64,000 nucleotides of DNA, taken from the NCBI GenBank assembly GCA_963786805.1, contig CAWBAK010000004.1:30037-94036 (forward strand), given 5' to 3'. Below are positions 30,371 to 39,290 of this stretch, one piece after another; position 1 is the stretch's first letter, and every line of letters starts with the position of its first letter. The translations under genes and the position numbers were made by a program. The notes beneath the pieces are model-generated. The model worked only from the letters and a program-made list of their open reading frames with translations, made no database searches and was not told where the DNA came from. The DNA comes from an uncultured Actinomycetes bacterium (GTDB lineage Bacteria; Actinomycetota; UBA4738; HRBIN12).

Positions 30371-30391
30371 AAGTCAACTCGGATCCGCAGG

Positions 30392-31015
30392 ATGAGGGAG
30401 GATGTGCCCGTGGCGGCGAAGCGGAGCGAGACCGGGACCGCGGCGAAGGTCCTCGACGTCGCCGAGCGGCTGATCCAGACCCGCGGCTACAACGGCTTCA
30501 GCTATGCGGACGTCGCGGCCGAGCTCAAGATCACGAAGGCGAGCCTGCACTACCACTTCGCCGGCAAGGCCGAGCTCGGAGAGGCGCTCATCGAGCGCTA
30601 CGCGACCCGATTCCTCGAGGCGCTCGCCGCGATCGACACCTCACCCACCGAGGCGCTCGCGAAGCTCGATGCCTACGCGAAGATCTATGCGGATGTGCTT
30701 CGCGGCAAGCGGATGTGCCTGTGCGGCATGCTCGCCGCCGAGTACCAGACACTCCCCAAGCCGATGCGGAACTCCGTGATCCGGTTCTTCGACGAGAACG
30801 AGGCCTGGCTCGAGAAGGTCCTCGTGCAGGGCCAGGACGAGGGAACGCTCGAGTTCACCGGAACGGCGAAGGACGCGGCCCGGTTGATCGTCAGCAGCCT
30901 GGAGGGCGCCATGCTCGTCGCGCGGCCGTACGGCGACCTCGCGCGGTTCCAAGCGGCGGCCGATCGCCTGCTGTCGAGTTTGGCAAGTCAGGCTCCGATG
31001 GAGCTCGCCCACTAG
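30392..31015 (+). CDS. TetR/AcrR-family transcriptional regulator
   Basis: 207 aa. N-terminal HTH (GYNGFSYADVAAELKITKASLHYHFAGKAEL) typical of TetR. Confidence 0.85.
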   Translation: MREDVPVAAKRSETGTAAKVLDVAERLIQTRGYNGFSYADVAAELKITKASLHYHFAGKAELGEALIERYATRFLEALAAIDTSPTEALAKLDAYAKIYADVLRGKRMCLCGMLAAEYQTLPKPMRNSVIRFFDENEAWLEKVLVQGQDEGTLEFTGTAKDAARLIVSSLEGAMLVARPYGDLARFQAAADRLLSSLASQAPMELAH

Positions 31016-31048
31016 CTTCACGCGCGACCGGTGATCCCGAGACCTCGC

Positions 31049-31531
31049 CTACGATCCCGGTTCTCGACCGAATGCGCGGAACGGCTCCGGCTCGTAGTGG
31101 CTCAGGGTCCGCGACCAGTCGGCGAGGGCTTCGTGGATGACCTCGTCTCCACGCACGAGCCACGCGAGATGTCGGAGGCCGTGCTCCACGACCTGAGACA
31201 GGTGCACCTCCGGCGGAGGGCCGGTCGCTCGTCCGCGTGCCAGCTGCGCCCGCGTGACGAGCTGGACCTCGTAGGTGGCCGGGACATGCTCGGGTGGCTC
31301 CACGACCACGAGGAACGTGAGCAGGATCTGCTGCCGCACGACCCTCCATGAGGTGGAGTGCACCATGATCGGGGTGAGACCAAGCTCGGCAACGGCGTCC
31401 ACGATCACTTCATGCGGGTCGAGATCCGGATCCCACGGCGCTCGGACGGTTTGGTCCCCATGGGGAGAGAGGTGCCGGATGCCACCGTCATCGAGATAGA
31501 GGACGACCGCTTCGAGTGATGCTCGGTCCAT
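31049..31531 (-). CDS. Hypothetical protein
   Basis: 160-aa ORF with ordinary amino-acid composition (not Arg/Pro-biased). No motif recognised. Confidence 0.45.
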   Translation of the reverse strand: MDRASLEAVVLYLDDGGIRHLSPHGDQTVRAPWDPDLDPHEVIVDAVAELGLTPIMVHSTSWRVVRQQILLTFLVVVEPPEHVPATYEVQLVTRAQLARGRATGPPPEVHLSQVVEHGLRHLAWLVRGDEVIHEALADWSRTLSHYEPEPFRAFGREPGS

Positions 31532-31668
31532 GTTCGAACCCTACCGACAACGTGCGAGCTCTCTCGGCAGGCAGACCGGCGCTGGTGGACCTGGCTGGAC
31601 GATGTGTGAATCGCCTGCCGCTGCTTCAGGCGCTCCAGGGTCAAGCGGCCTCGGCTACCTCAAGTAGG

Positions 31669-32460
31669 TCAGGGCTCGATGCGGATCGAGTCGAGGACCG
31701 CCCGCATCTCGGCCACGTCCTTCCTGGGAGAGGCGGGCGACCAGTTCGCCTCGATAATCAGGCGGGTGCCGTCGACGTCGAGGATCCAGAATTCCTCGGT
31801 GCGGCCAGGCTCGCCGTTGTAACCGTAGAACGCGTCCCCAGGCGCTGTGTCGATCGCCGCGACCCAGCTCTTGAGGGTGCCGCCGGCGCATCGAGCGAAG
31901 CGGCGGTCATCTCCTTCCCCCTCGACCGGCAGGTCGGGCACGGTCAGTTCCAGGTTCGTCCCGCTGTAGCCGTAGATGGTCACGTCCTTCGGGGGCGACG
32001 TCACCCGGAACGGTGCCAGGTCCGCCAGCGCGGCAGCGAGGTCGTCCACGCCCGGCCCGACCGGTGGATCGGCCCACGAATGGTCGCGGCACCCATCACT
32101 GACGAGGTTCGTCACGGTGGTGATGCTCACCATGACGTGCCCATCATCCGCGGGCTTGGTCGCGCCGATCCACATCGACCATCCCTCGAAGGGAACCTCG
32201 TACACCACGCGGAGTGGGGTGGAGGGGTCGAGGTCGGGGTCGATGGAGTAGGTCCCGGGCTCGAGCGGTGCGAAGGGCGCGAGCTCCATGATGTCCTGGA
32301 TCGTCGGAACGGGAGCCGTCTCGCTCGGCCCCGTGGTCTCCGCGTCGCTCGGAGTCGGTCCTGAGGAGGCCGGACCGTCCGCCGCCTCCGAACCCGATGT
32401 ACATGCTCCGAGCGCGAGCATGATGACCAACGCGAGGGAACGTCCGTGGCGGGTCTTCAT
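31669..32460 (-). CDS. Lipoprotein of unknown function (paralogue of the adjacent anti-sigma sensor domain)
   Basis: MKTRHGRSLALVIMLALGAC signal peptide with lipobox LGAC. GAAGGGAG lies 7 nt upstream of ATG 32460. The mature region aligns by eye with the C-terminal domain of ORFs 32516..33441. Confidence 0.6.
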   Translation of the reverse strand: MKTRHGRSLALVIMLALGACTSGSEAADGPASSGPTPSDAETTGPSETAPVPTIQDIMELAPFAPLEPGTYSIDPDLDPSTPLRVVYEVPFEGWSMWIGATKPADDGHVMVSITTVTNLVSDGCRDHSWADPPVGPGVDDLAAALADLAPFRVTSPPKDVTIYGYSGTNLELTVPDLPVEGEGDDRRFARCAGGTLKSWVAAIDTAPGDAFYGYNGEPGRTEEFWILDVDGTRLIIEANWSPASPRKDVAEMRAVLDSIRIEP

Positions 32461-32515
32461 CGTGCCGCTCCCTTCCATCAGAGACAGTCCCAGCAGAAGA
32501 ACGCGCCGGGGTGCC

Positions 32516-33441
32516 TCAGTTCAGGTCGAACTCGAACGAGCGCACGACCGGCATCGCGGCGTCCACCTCGGTGCCGTCGATCTGGATCAGGACGTTCCCG
32601 CCGTCCGGCAGATCGAGCAGGATCAGCCGCGAGGTGGCGTACCACTCCCGCAATCCTTGCCCCTCGGCGAGGAAGGCCCCGTCGAGTGGCTCCACCGTCA
32701 CAAACCCTTCCATCCCGGGACAGCTGCTCTTGGGCCACGTCTCCGCGATCGACACGTCGAGCTGGTATCCCGCGAGCCCGCCGATCTCCACCGGCGACGG
32801 CCCACCCGTTGCGATACCTGGATGCTCGCTCACCAAGGTCGCGAGCTCGAGCGCGGACGTGCCGGCCCCGGCGTCGACGGCGTCGGAGCAACCCTCGCGG
32901 CGGGCGCGGGCGTCGCGGTGGACCGTCAGCCCCGCCTGATCGAAGAGGTAGATCCCTGGATCGTCGGATCGTCCGGATCCTCCGCCCCGTCCGACCACCC
33001 CGGCGTCCACAGGTCGAACGAGCCGCGCGTGTCCCACGGGTTGTTCCATCCGGCCGGGACGGTGAAGGTGAGGGCGGGCTCGAAGCGCTGCGACGTGTAC
33101 GTCCCCTCATCGAGCGGTCCAAGGCACACCGACGGCGGCGGTCCGTCCTGCGAATCGAGACACGGGCCGGTCCACGTGCCGGTCGTCTCCCCGGTGACGG
33201 TCTCCGGCCGCCCGGTCGGCTGTCCCTCGTTCGCCGGGATCGTCGTCGGCGCGCTCGAACGGATCAGGCCGGCGCCGCCCACGACGAGGGCGATCGCGCA
33301 GGTGATGCCGACGGCGCCGGCGAGCGCCGTCCTCGCCATCCGTCGGTAGCCGCGTCGGAGCAACGGGTCAGGATCCACGGGCGTTGCCGGCACCTCGTCG
33401 GCGACACTGGCGAGGAGGTCTCGGATCTCGGTGTCGTTCAT
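32516..33441 (-). pseudogene. Putative anti-sigma factor (single-pass membrane protein with extracytoplasmic domain) disrupted by an 8-bp tandem duplication
   Basis: ATGA overlap with the ECF sigma stop (33438-33441). N-terminus and TM in ORF 32926..33441, remainder in ORF 32516..33049. Plus-strand GGATCGTC GGATCGTC at 32958-32973. Deleting one copy joins ...GAEDPDDPGIYLFDQAGL... in frame. Confidence 0.65.
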
Positions 33442-33971
33442 GCGATCACCTCTGGGGTCGTTCGGAGCGCGTCCAGACCACGGGCGACGAGCGAGCGGAC
33501 CGTGGCAGGGCGGCAGCGGAGAAGCTCGGCGATCGTGGCGTCAGGAAGGTCCTCGAAGTAGCGGAGGACGAGCGCCGTGCGCTGGCGGACCGGGAGCCGA
33601 AGGAGCGCCGAACGGAGCGTGTCGTACGTTGCCACGTCTGGATCGGTGCTGACGTCCTCGGCCCCCGGACCCTCGCGCTCCAGGTACGCGCGCTCGACCG
33701 CTCGACGCCGGAAGTGGTTCTTCGACAGGTTCACGATCGTGCGTCGCAGGTACGGCTCGAAGTCGTCCGGGTAGCGGAGGAACCGGAACCGACCCACGAA
33801 CCGGACGAACGCCTCCTGGACGAGGTCCTCGGCGACGGCCCGGTCACCGGTCAGCAGGTACGCGAGCCGGATGCCGCCTGGCGCCGACCGCACGTACGCT
33901 TCGGCGAGCCGGCTGCGGAAACCCGCCTCCCGATCCACGGCCGATATCACCCCTGTCCGATCGTGCTCCAT
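33438..33971 (-). CDS. ECF RNA polymerase sigma factor
   Basis: 177 aa. Region 2 (AEDLVQEAFVRF) and region 4 (LPVRQRTALVLRYFEDLPDATIAELLRCRPATVRSLVARG). Confidence 0.85.
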   Translation of the reverse strand: MEHDRTGVISAVDREAGFRSRLAEAYVRSAPGGIRLAYLLTGDRAVAEDLVQEAFVRFVGRFRFLRYPDDFEPYLRRTIVNLSKNHFRRRAVERAYLEREGPGAEDVSTDPDVATYDTLRSALLRLPVRQRTALVLRYFEDLPDATIAELLRCRPATVRSLVARGLDALRTTPEVIA

Positions 33972-34023
33972 GTCCCCTTGACACGCGAGCGCGGCGATCT
34001 GTGGCAGTCCGGTGGCAACGGCC

Positions 34024-34051
34024 GGACGCAGGATGTGGAACCAAGTTCTTC
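34024..34051 (-). promoter_or_regulatory. Candidate ECF-type promoter (AAC-N16-CGTCC)
   Basis: Minus strand reads gaagAACttggttccacatcctgCGTCC, about 50 nt upstream of the sigma ATG at 33971. Confidence 0.3.
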
Positions 34052-34140
34052 CAGACGATCTGCTTTCGGGACGGCGCGATCGCCGATTTCACATACGTGG
34101 AGCCCTTCGCGTCCCTGCTCCGGTTCACACAAGGGCTCGA

Positions 34141-34216
34141 TGGTGGACCCAGGGGGACTCGAACCCCCGACCTCATGGCTGCCAGCCATGCGCTCTACCA
34201 ACTGAGCTATGGGCCC
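34141..34216 (-). tRNA. tRNA-Ala (anticodon GGC)
   Basis: Reverse complement GGGCCCATAGCTCAGTTGGTAGAGCGCATGGCTGGCAGCCATGAGGTCGGGGGTTCGAGTCCCCCTGGGTCCACCA folds as a cloverleaf. G3:U70 alanine identity pair, anticodon loop CTGGCAG, encoded CCA. Confidence 0.9.
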
Positions 34217-34259
34217 AACGGGTGGTCAGTCTATCGAACGGTTCCGAGGTCTCTGAACG

Positions 34260-34670
34260 CTACCCCGAGGAGCTCGCCGCTCCGTTCTCGTCCCAATCGA
34301 CGCGCGGGGCGTCTCGCCACAGGCGCTCGAGGTCGTAGTACTCGCGCTCCTCGTCGGCGAATACGTGCACCACGACGTCGACGTAGTCCAGGAGCACCCA
34401 GCGGCCTTCGGTCTCGCCCTCGCGGCGGACCGGCTTTCGGCCGAGATCGCGGAGCGCCTTCTCGACCTCCTCGACGATCGTTCGGACCTGGCGTTCCGTC
34501 TCGCCCGAGGCGATCACGAAGTAATCCGTGATGACGATCAGGCCGTGGACGTCCAGGATCGCCACACCCTCGGCCTGCTTGGCGGACGCCGAGCGTGCGG
34601 CGGCGACGGCGGCTTCGCGGCTCTCCTCGGACTGCGTGGCCCTACCCGGCACGCCGTCCTTCGCTTGCAA
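34260..34670 (-). CDS. rsfS: Ribosome silencing factor RsfS
   Basis: Core VAILDVHGLIVITDYFVIASGETERQVRTIVEEVE...WVLLDYVDVVVHVF is typical RsfS/iojap. The listed start is TTG, so the exact start is uncertain. Confidence 0.85.
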   Translation of the reverse strand: MQAKDGVPGRATQSEESREAAVAAARSASAKQAEGVAILDVHGLIVITDYFVIASGETERQVRTIVEEVEKALRDLGRKPVRREGETEGRWVLLDYVDVVVHVFADEEREYYDLERLWRDAPRVDWDENGAASSSG

Positions 34671-35639
34671 TCACCCGGTGAAGTCCTTCCCGACGACCAC
34701 GGTCACGGGGGCGATCCCCGACGAGAGGGAAACGTTCACGCTCCCCGTCCCGAGCAAGTCTCGCACACGCTCACCGAGACCGACGTCGTCGGCCGAGCCG
34801 ACCACCACCAGCGTCTCCTCGTGGTCGAAGTTCGCCGCGTTCTCCGAGACGACGATCCGGAACCCACCGGGGACGATCCGTTCGGCGATGAGCTCTCCCA
34901 CGCCGGGAACCCCGCTCCCGTTCAGCACGATCACGCGGACGACCTCGCGATCGGGACCACCGAAGGCATCGACGATCGACTGCCGGATGGCGTCCGGCTC
35001 CGAGACGAAGATCCCCTCCGCCGCCTGCACCGACGGGATGGCCAAGACGTTCGCGCCGCGGGCCGCCTCGAGCACCTCCACCACCGACGAGGCCGAGTCG
35101 GCGTCGGGCAGGACCGCCGGATCCCACTCGACATCCGCCAGCAGGCCCGCGAGCACGAGCGAGAAGGCCGACGCCGCACCCGCACCGGCGTCCTCGAGCA
35201 TCGAGAGCACCTCGGACCCACGCCTCGTGTCGTTCCCGACCGAGATGCCGCCTGCGCCGTCCACGATCGCCGCCAGTCGCTCCTCGTCGATCACCAGGTA
35301 GTGGTCGACCCAGACCCCGAGCACGTTCGCGACCGTCGTCGCCGCCTGGCGCGGGGGCAGTTCCAACGCATCGCCGAGTGTGGCGTCGCCCTGGCCGGGG
35401 ATCGTGACCTGGATCTCGGTCGGGAGGACGAGGGCGCCGTCCGTGTCACCGGTCGAGCCGACGACCGCTCCGAACGACGCCGCGTCGGTCTCGACCACCA
35501 CCAACGTCAGCCCACTCACCCGTTCCGTGTTCGGCGGCGGCGCGTCGCGATCGTCGTTCGCGCTCAGCACCAGCCAGGTCATCGCGCCGACCGCGAGGAG
35601 GAGGACGACGGCGAGGGCGGCCCACGGGCGCCGCGTCAC
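34671..35639 (-). CDS. LCP-like membrane protein with LytR_C domain
   Basis: GTG start overlaps the nadD stop (GTGA). N-terminal TM, degenerate LytR/CpsA/Psr-like middle, C-terminal LytR_C-like segment ([22 protein letters not shown]). Confidence 0.6.
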   Translation of the reverse strand: MTRRPWAALAVVLLLAVGAMTWLVLSANDDRDAPPPNTERVSGLTLVVVETDAASFGAVVGSTGDTDGALVLPTEIQVTIPGQGDATLGDALELPPRQAATTVANVLGVWVDHYLVIDEERLAAIVDGAGGISVGNDTRRGSEVLSMLEDAGAGAASAFSLVLAGLLADVEWDPAVLPDADSASSVVEVLEAARGANVLAIPSVQAAEGIFVSEPDAIRQSIVDAFGGPDREVVRVIVLNGSGVPGVGELIAERIVPGGFRIVVSENAANFDHEETLVVVGSADDVGLGERVRDLLGTGSVNVSLSSGIAPVTVVVGKDFTG

Positions 35640-36229
35640 CGGTACAGCGCCGCCTTCTCGACGTAGCTCTTCACGCCTTCGGGCACGAGGTAGCGGATCG
35701 GGCGGCCGTCGTGGACCCGCTCGCGCACGTCGGTCGAGCTGATCGCGAGCGCCGGGATGTGCATCACGCTGACGTTCGGATGCCGCGGCGCGTCCTTCGC
35801 CTCGAACCTCGTGAGGTCGTAGCCGGGCCTGGTCGCTGCGATGAAGTGCGCGAGCGACAGGACACCGTCCGGATCCTTCCACTCGAAGATCTCGCGCATC
35901 GCGTCGGCACCGGTGATGAAGTACAGCTCCGCGTCCGGGTTCTCCGCACCGAGCGCCTTCAACGTGTCGACGGTGTACGTCGGTCCTTCTCGTTCGACCT
36001 CGATCCGCGAGACGCGGAACCGCGGGTTGCTGGCGGTGGCGATCACCGTCATCAGGTAGCGGTCCTCGGCGGGAGAGACCTCACGCTCCTGCTTCATCCA
36101 GGGTTGGCCCGTCGGGACGAACACAACCTCGTCGAGCGCGAACTGGACGAGGGCCTCCTCGGCCGTCACGAGGTGCCCGTAATGGATCGGGTCGAACGTT
36201 CCGCCCATGACGCCGAGCCGCCGCCCCAC
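35636..36229 (-). CDS. nadD: Nicotinate-nucleotide adenylyltransferase
   Basis: [11 protein letters not shown] nucleotidyltransferase motif, 197 aa. Confidence 0.9.
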   Translation of the reverse strand: MGRRLGVMGGTFDPIHYGHLVTAEEALVQFALDEVVFVPTGQPWMKQEREVSPAEDRYLMTVIATASNPRFRVSRIEVEREGPTYTVDTLKALGAENPDAELYFITGADAMREIFEWKDPDGVLSLAHFIAATRPGYDLTRFEAKDAPRHPNVSVMHIPALAISSTDVRERVHDGRPIRYLVPEGVKSYVEKAALYR

Positions 36230-36272
36230 GCGGCCATCCTACGGCGGCGGCCCCCGGGGACCCGGATTTCGG

Positions 36273-36737
36273 CTAGGTGCTCGAGCCGATCCGCTCGACC
36301 CACGCCTGCAGATCGGGAAGATGGTCCGCGTAGTGCGCAGGGCCCGCTTCTTCGAACCAGTCGACGGCGTCGGGCGTGACCTCGCCGAGCGCGCCGAACG
36401 CCTCGAGCATCCGGGCGCGCATCGCGTGCCAGGCCGAGTGGACCTCCTCGACCTCCATCGTGCGTGAGCGCGCGAACCACTCGCGGTTCACCCGGTCGGT
36501 GTACCCCGGTGCCTCGGACGGATCCTCGCCGTCCCAGGTGCCGGCCTCGATCTCCCGGAGCACCCGCGCGGTGTCCTCGGACCACGCCGCCACGTGCCAC
36601 ATCATGTCCCTGACCGACCAGCCCTCGTCCGTGAGCCCGACGCGCTCGATCTCTTCGGGAGTGAGGCCGTCGACGAGCGCGTCGATGTGCGCCCAGCCCT
36701 CGGCCTCTCGCCGCAGGAGGTCCTCACGATGTCCCAT
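36273..36737 (-). CDS. DinB-like / mycothiol-dependent maleylpyruvate isomerase N-terminal domain protein
   Basis: 154 aa from MGHREDLL. Helical-bundle-like sequence with conserved His positions (WHVAAW, HSAWH, HYADH). Overlaps the obg 3' end by 14 nt. Confidence 0.5.
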   Translation of the reverse strand: MGHREDLLRREAEGWAHIDALVDGLTPEEIERVGLTDEGWSVRDMMWHVAAWSEDTARVLREIEAGTWDGEDPSEAPGYTDRVNREWFARSRTMEVEEVHSAWHAMRARMLEAFGALGEVTPDAVDWFEEAGPAHYADHLPDLQAWVERIGSST

Positions 36738-37980
36738 CGGCGATCTCCTCTCCCGGCAGGAACTCGAAGGCGGTGCTGCCGATGACGACCTCATCGCCGC
36801 GCCGGGCGCCGGCAACCAGCAACTCCCGTTCGACGCCCTCCTTGACGAGTCGCTTCTGCAGCTGGGCGACCAGCCGAGGGTCCTCGAGGTCTGACTCGGC
36901 GACCCATCGCTCGACGCCTCGGCCGACGACCCGGAACCGCTCCCCCTCGCGCCGGATGACGAACCGCGGGCGCGCGGGCCGGAGCACCACGTAGTCCTCC
37001 TGCGTCTCCGCCGCGGCCTCGGTTTCGGCTGCAAGCGCGGCCAGCCGTTCGCGCAGTACCGGTAACCCCTCGCCCGTCACGGCGGAGACACCGATCGCCC
37101 CTGCCCCCAGAACCGCTTGCGGATCGGCGTCGGGCACGAGGTCGAGCTTGGTCCCCACCACGATCGACGAACGCCGGACGAGTTCCGGGTCGTACGCCTC
37201 GAGCTCGCCTCGGAGCGTCGCGAGGTCGGCGCCCGGGTCGGCCGCGGCGAGATCGACGACCAGCACGAGCGCTCGCGACCGGCTCACGTGCCGCAGGAAC
37301 CGGTGGCCGAGCCCGCGACCCTCGCTCGCGCCCTCGATGAGACCAGGCACGTCGGCGACGACGAACCGCCGGTCGTCGCTCTCCGCGACGCCGAGGTTGG
37401 GCGAGAGCGTGGTGAAGGGATAGTCCGCCACCTTGGGACGAGCCGCGGTCAGGACGGAAAGGAGCGTGGACTTACCGGCGTTCGGCAACCCGACGAGGCC
37501 GACGTCGGCGACTGTGCGGAGTTCGACGGAGAGCCGGCGGTCCTCGCCCGGCTCGCCGGCCTCGGCCACCCGGGGTACGCGGTCGCGAGCGGTGGCGAGC
37601 GAGACGGTCCCCCGCCCCCCGCGTCCGCCGCGCGCAACCACGGCTCGCTTCCCAACGTCGACGAGGTCCGCGACGAGTCCCTGCTCGTCCTCGACGCGGG
37701 TTCCCCTCGGAACCTGGACGACGACATCGGCGCCGGCCGCGCCGGTTCGCTTGTTGCGGCCCCCAGCGGCGCCGGCCTCCGCCCGCAGGTGAGGGTCGTT
37801 CGCGAGGACGCTCAGATCGTGGATGCCGGTCGACACCTCGAAGACGACGTCTCCGCCGTCTCCGCCGTCGCCACCGTCGGGGCCGCCTCTCGGCTTGTAC
37901 GGCTCACGCAGGAGCGCGGCCGAGCCGTCCCCTCCTTTGCCGCCGCGCGCGAACACGGTCACCTCGTCGACGAACGCCAT
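36724..37980 (-). CDS. obg: GTPase Obg/CgtA
   Basis: Obg fold N-terminus (MAFVDEVTVFARGGKGGDG), G1 GLPNAGKST, C-terminal Obg_CT-like domain. Confidence 0.95.
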   Translation of the reverse strand: MAFVDEVTVFARGGKGGDGSAALLREPYKPRGGPDGGDGGDGGDVVFEVSTGIHDLSVLANDPHLRAEAGAAGGRNKRTGAAGADVVVQVPRGTRVEDEQGLVADLVDVGKRAVVARGGRGGRGTVSLATARDRVPRVAEAGEPGEDRRLSVELRTVADVGLVGLPNAGKSTLLSVLTAARPKVADYPFTTLSPNLGVAESDDRRFVVADVPGLIEGASEGRGLGHRFLRHVSRSRALVLVVDLAAADPGADLATLRGELEAYDPELVRRSSIVVGTKLDLVPDADPQAVLGAGAIGVSAVTGEGLPVLRERLAALAAETEAAAETQEDYVVLRPARPRFVIRREGERFRVVGRGVERWVAESDLEDPRLVAQLQKRLVKEGVERELLVAGARRGDEVVIGSTAFEFLPGEEIADGTS

Positions 37981-38027
37981 GCCCGTGATTGTGGCGGAAA
38001 GCCGACGGCGCGCGGCATCATGGCCGC

Positions 38028-38468
38028 ATGCCTTCGCCGGTCACCGTCTGGACGGTCGAGCTCGAGCCCGGCTCGAGTTTGAAAGAGGTGCAAGGTTCGC
38101 TCGCGCTCGAGACCGAAGCCGTGGTCTTCACCCCGCGTGAGGGCCAGGGATCCGAGCGCCGGTATCCACTCGCCGAGATCGCGCGGGCCCGGCGCCTCCG
38201 CGGCTCCCCGGTGCTCCTGATCGTCCACGAGCCCAGCCGGGGACCGAGGCGAACCGCGTTCTACTTCGTGCAGCCCCCGGCGCTGGTTCCACCCGACGAG
38301 TCGCGGAAAGCCGTCCTCGGACCGCTGGCGGGGGGATCGCCCCGAAAGATCCGTCGTCGCAACGCGAGCTATCTCGGGATCGCGAACCGCGAGAAGAAGC
38401 AGGTCCTCCGCGAGTGGGAGCGAGCGGTCCAGGAGGCGTTGACGGCGGAGCGCCGGACGGGGTCTTAG
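38028..38468 (+). CDS. Hypothetical protein
   Basis: ORF 37989..38468 read from ATG 38028. Divergent from obg with under 50 nt between starts. No motif recognised. Its 3' end overlaps the rpmA stop by 4 nt. Confidence 0.35.
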   Translation: MPSPVTVWTVELEPGSSLKEVQGSLALETEAVVFTPREGQGSERRYPLAEIARARRLRGSPVLLIVHEPSRGPRRTAFYFVQPPALVPPDESRKAVLGPLAGGSPRKIRRRNASYLGIANREKKQVLREWERAVQEALTAERRTGS

Positions 38469-38755
38469 CTCGACTCGGCTGCGGTGGCGCTTCGTTCCGC
38501 GGACTCTCGGGCCTCGATCGAGGCGAAGCGCTTGCCCCGGGACTCGTGGAACTTCACGAGCCCGTCGGCGGTGGCGAACAGTGTGTCGTCGTCACCCTTG
38601 CCGACGCCCTTGCCCGGGTGGATCCTCGTCCCCCGCTGGCGCACGATGATCGAGCCGGCGGTCACCGACTGACCGCCGAACGCCTTCACGCCGAGCCGCT
38701 TGGACTCGGAATCGCGACCGTTGCGGGAGGACCCGCCACCCTTCTTGTGCGCCAT
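38465..38755 (-). CDS. rpmA: 50S ribosomal protein L27
   Basis: [24 protein letters not shown]... canonical L27 N-terminus. GGAGG lies 4 nt upstream of the ATG. Confidence 0.95.
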   Translation of the reverse strand: MAHKKGGGSSRNGRDSESKRLGVKAFGGQSVTAGSIIVRQRGTRIHPGKGVGKGDDDTLFATADGLVKFHESRGKRFASIEARESAERSATAAESS

Positions 38756-38777
38756 AACGCCTCCGAGGCTACCAATC

Positions 38778-39236
38778 TTAGCCAGTGATGCCTTCGCGAG
38801 GCGAAGGCATCACTGTTGGGGCTACCGCTTCGCTACTTGAGCCCCTTCTGATCCCACACCGCCGGCCGCTGCGGGCTCCTCGGCGGGCTCGGTGTCCTTC
38901 TGTCGGCGCCTCTTGGCGGGCCTTCTTGGTCGCCAGCTTGATCTCGGAGATCTCGAGCAGCGTCAGCGTCTGGCGGTGCCCCTGCCGGCGCGCGTAGCCG
39001 GACTTGTTCTTGTACTTGAAGACGTGGACCTTGTCGCCCTTCTGCTCGCCGAGCAGCTTGCCCGTGACGACGGCCTTCTCGACGTCCTTTCCAGCGTGGG
39101 TCTGGCCCTCGTCGTCCACGACCAGCAACGGCTGAAAGGTGACGGTGTCGCCGTCGGAATGGATGGACTCCACCTCGATGATGTCGCCGGGCTTCACCTT
39201 GTGTTGCTTGCCGCCCGTCCTGATCACCGCATACAT
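38778..39236 (-). CDS. rplU: 50S ribosomal protein L21 (3' end uncertain)
   Basis: [18 protein letters not shown]...[16 protein letters not shown] is canonical L21 (about 105 aa). The following 45 codons have poor third-position GC and include the hairpin. The true stop may be 38833 or 38822 in another frame. Confidence 0.8.
   Translation of the reverse strand: MYAVIRTGGKQHKVKPGDIIEVESIHSDGDTVTFQPLLVVDDEGQTHAGKDVEKAVVTGKLLGEQKGDKVHVFKYKNKSGYARRQGHRQTLTLLEISEIKLATKKARQEAPTEGHRARRGARSGRRCGIRRGSSSEAVAPTVMPSPREGITG
38783..38815. other. Perfect 15-bp stem / 3-nt loop hairpin between rplU and rpmA
   Basis: CAGTGATGCCTTCGC-GAG-GCGAAGGCATCACTG. No U-tract follows on the transcribed (minus) strand. 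Lies inside the last 13 codons of the rplU ORF as given. Confidence 0.6.
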
Positions 39237-39290
39237 CGTTGTTTCCTCCTCTTGATGAACGGGCCCGCGCTCGGGGAGCCGACAACCCGC

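Noticed and set aside
34141-34216. tRNA-Ala as a possible genomic-island integration site
   Set aside because: There is no integrase nearby and I saw no duplicated tRNA 3' segment downstream. The flanking genes (rsfS, ECF sigma) look like ordinary chromosome.
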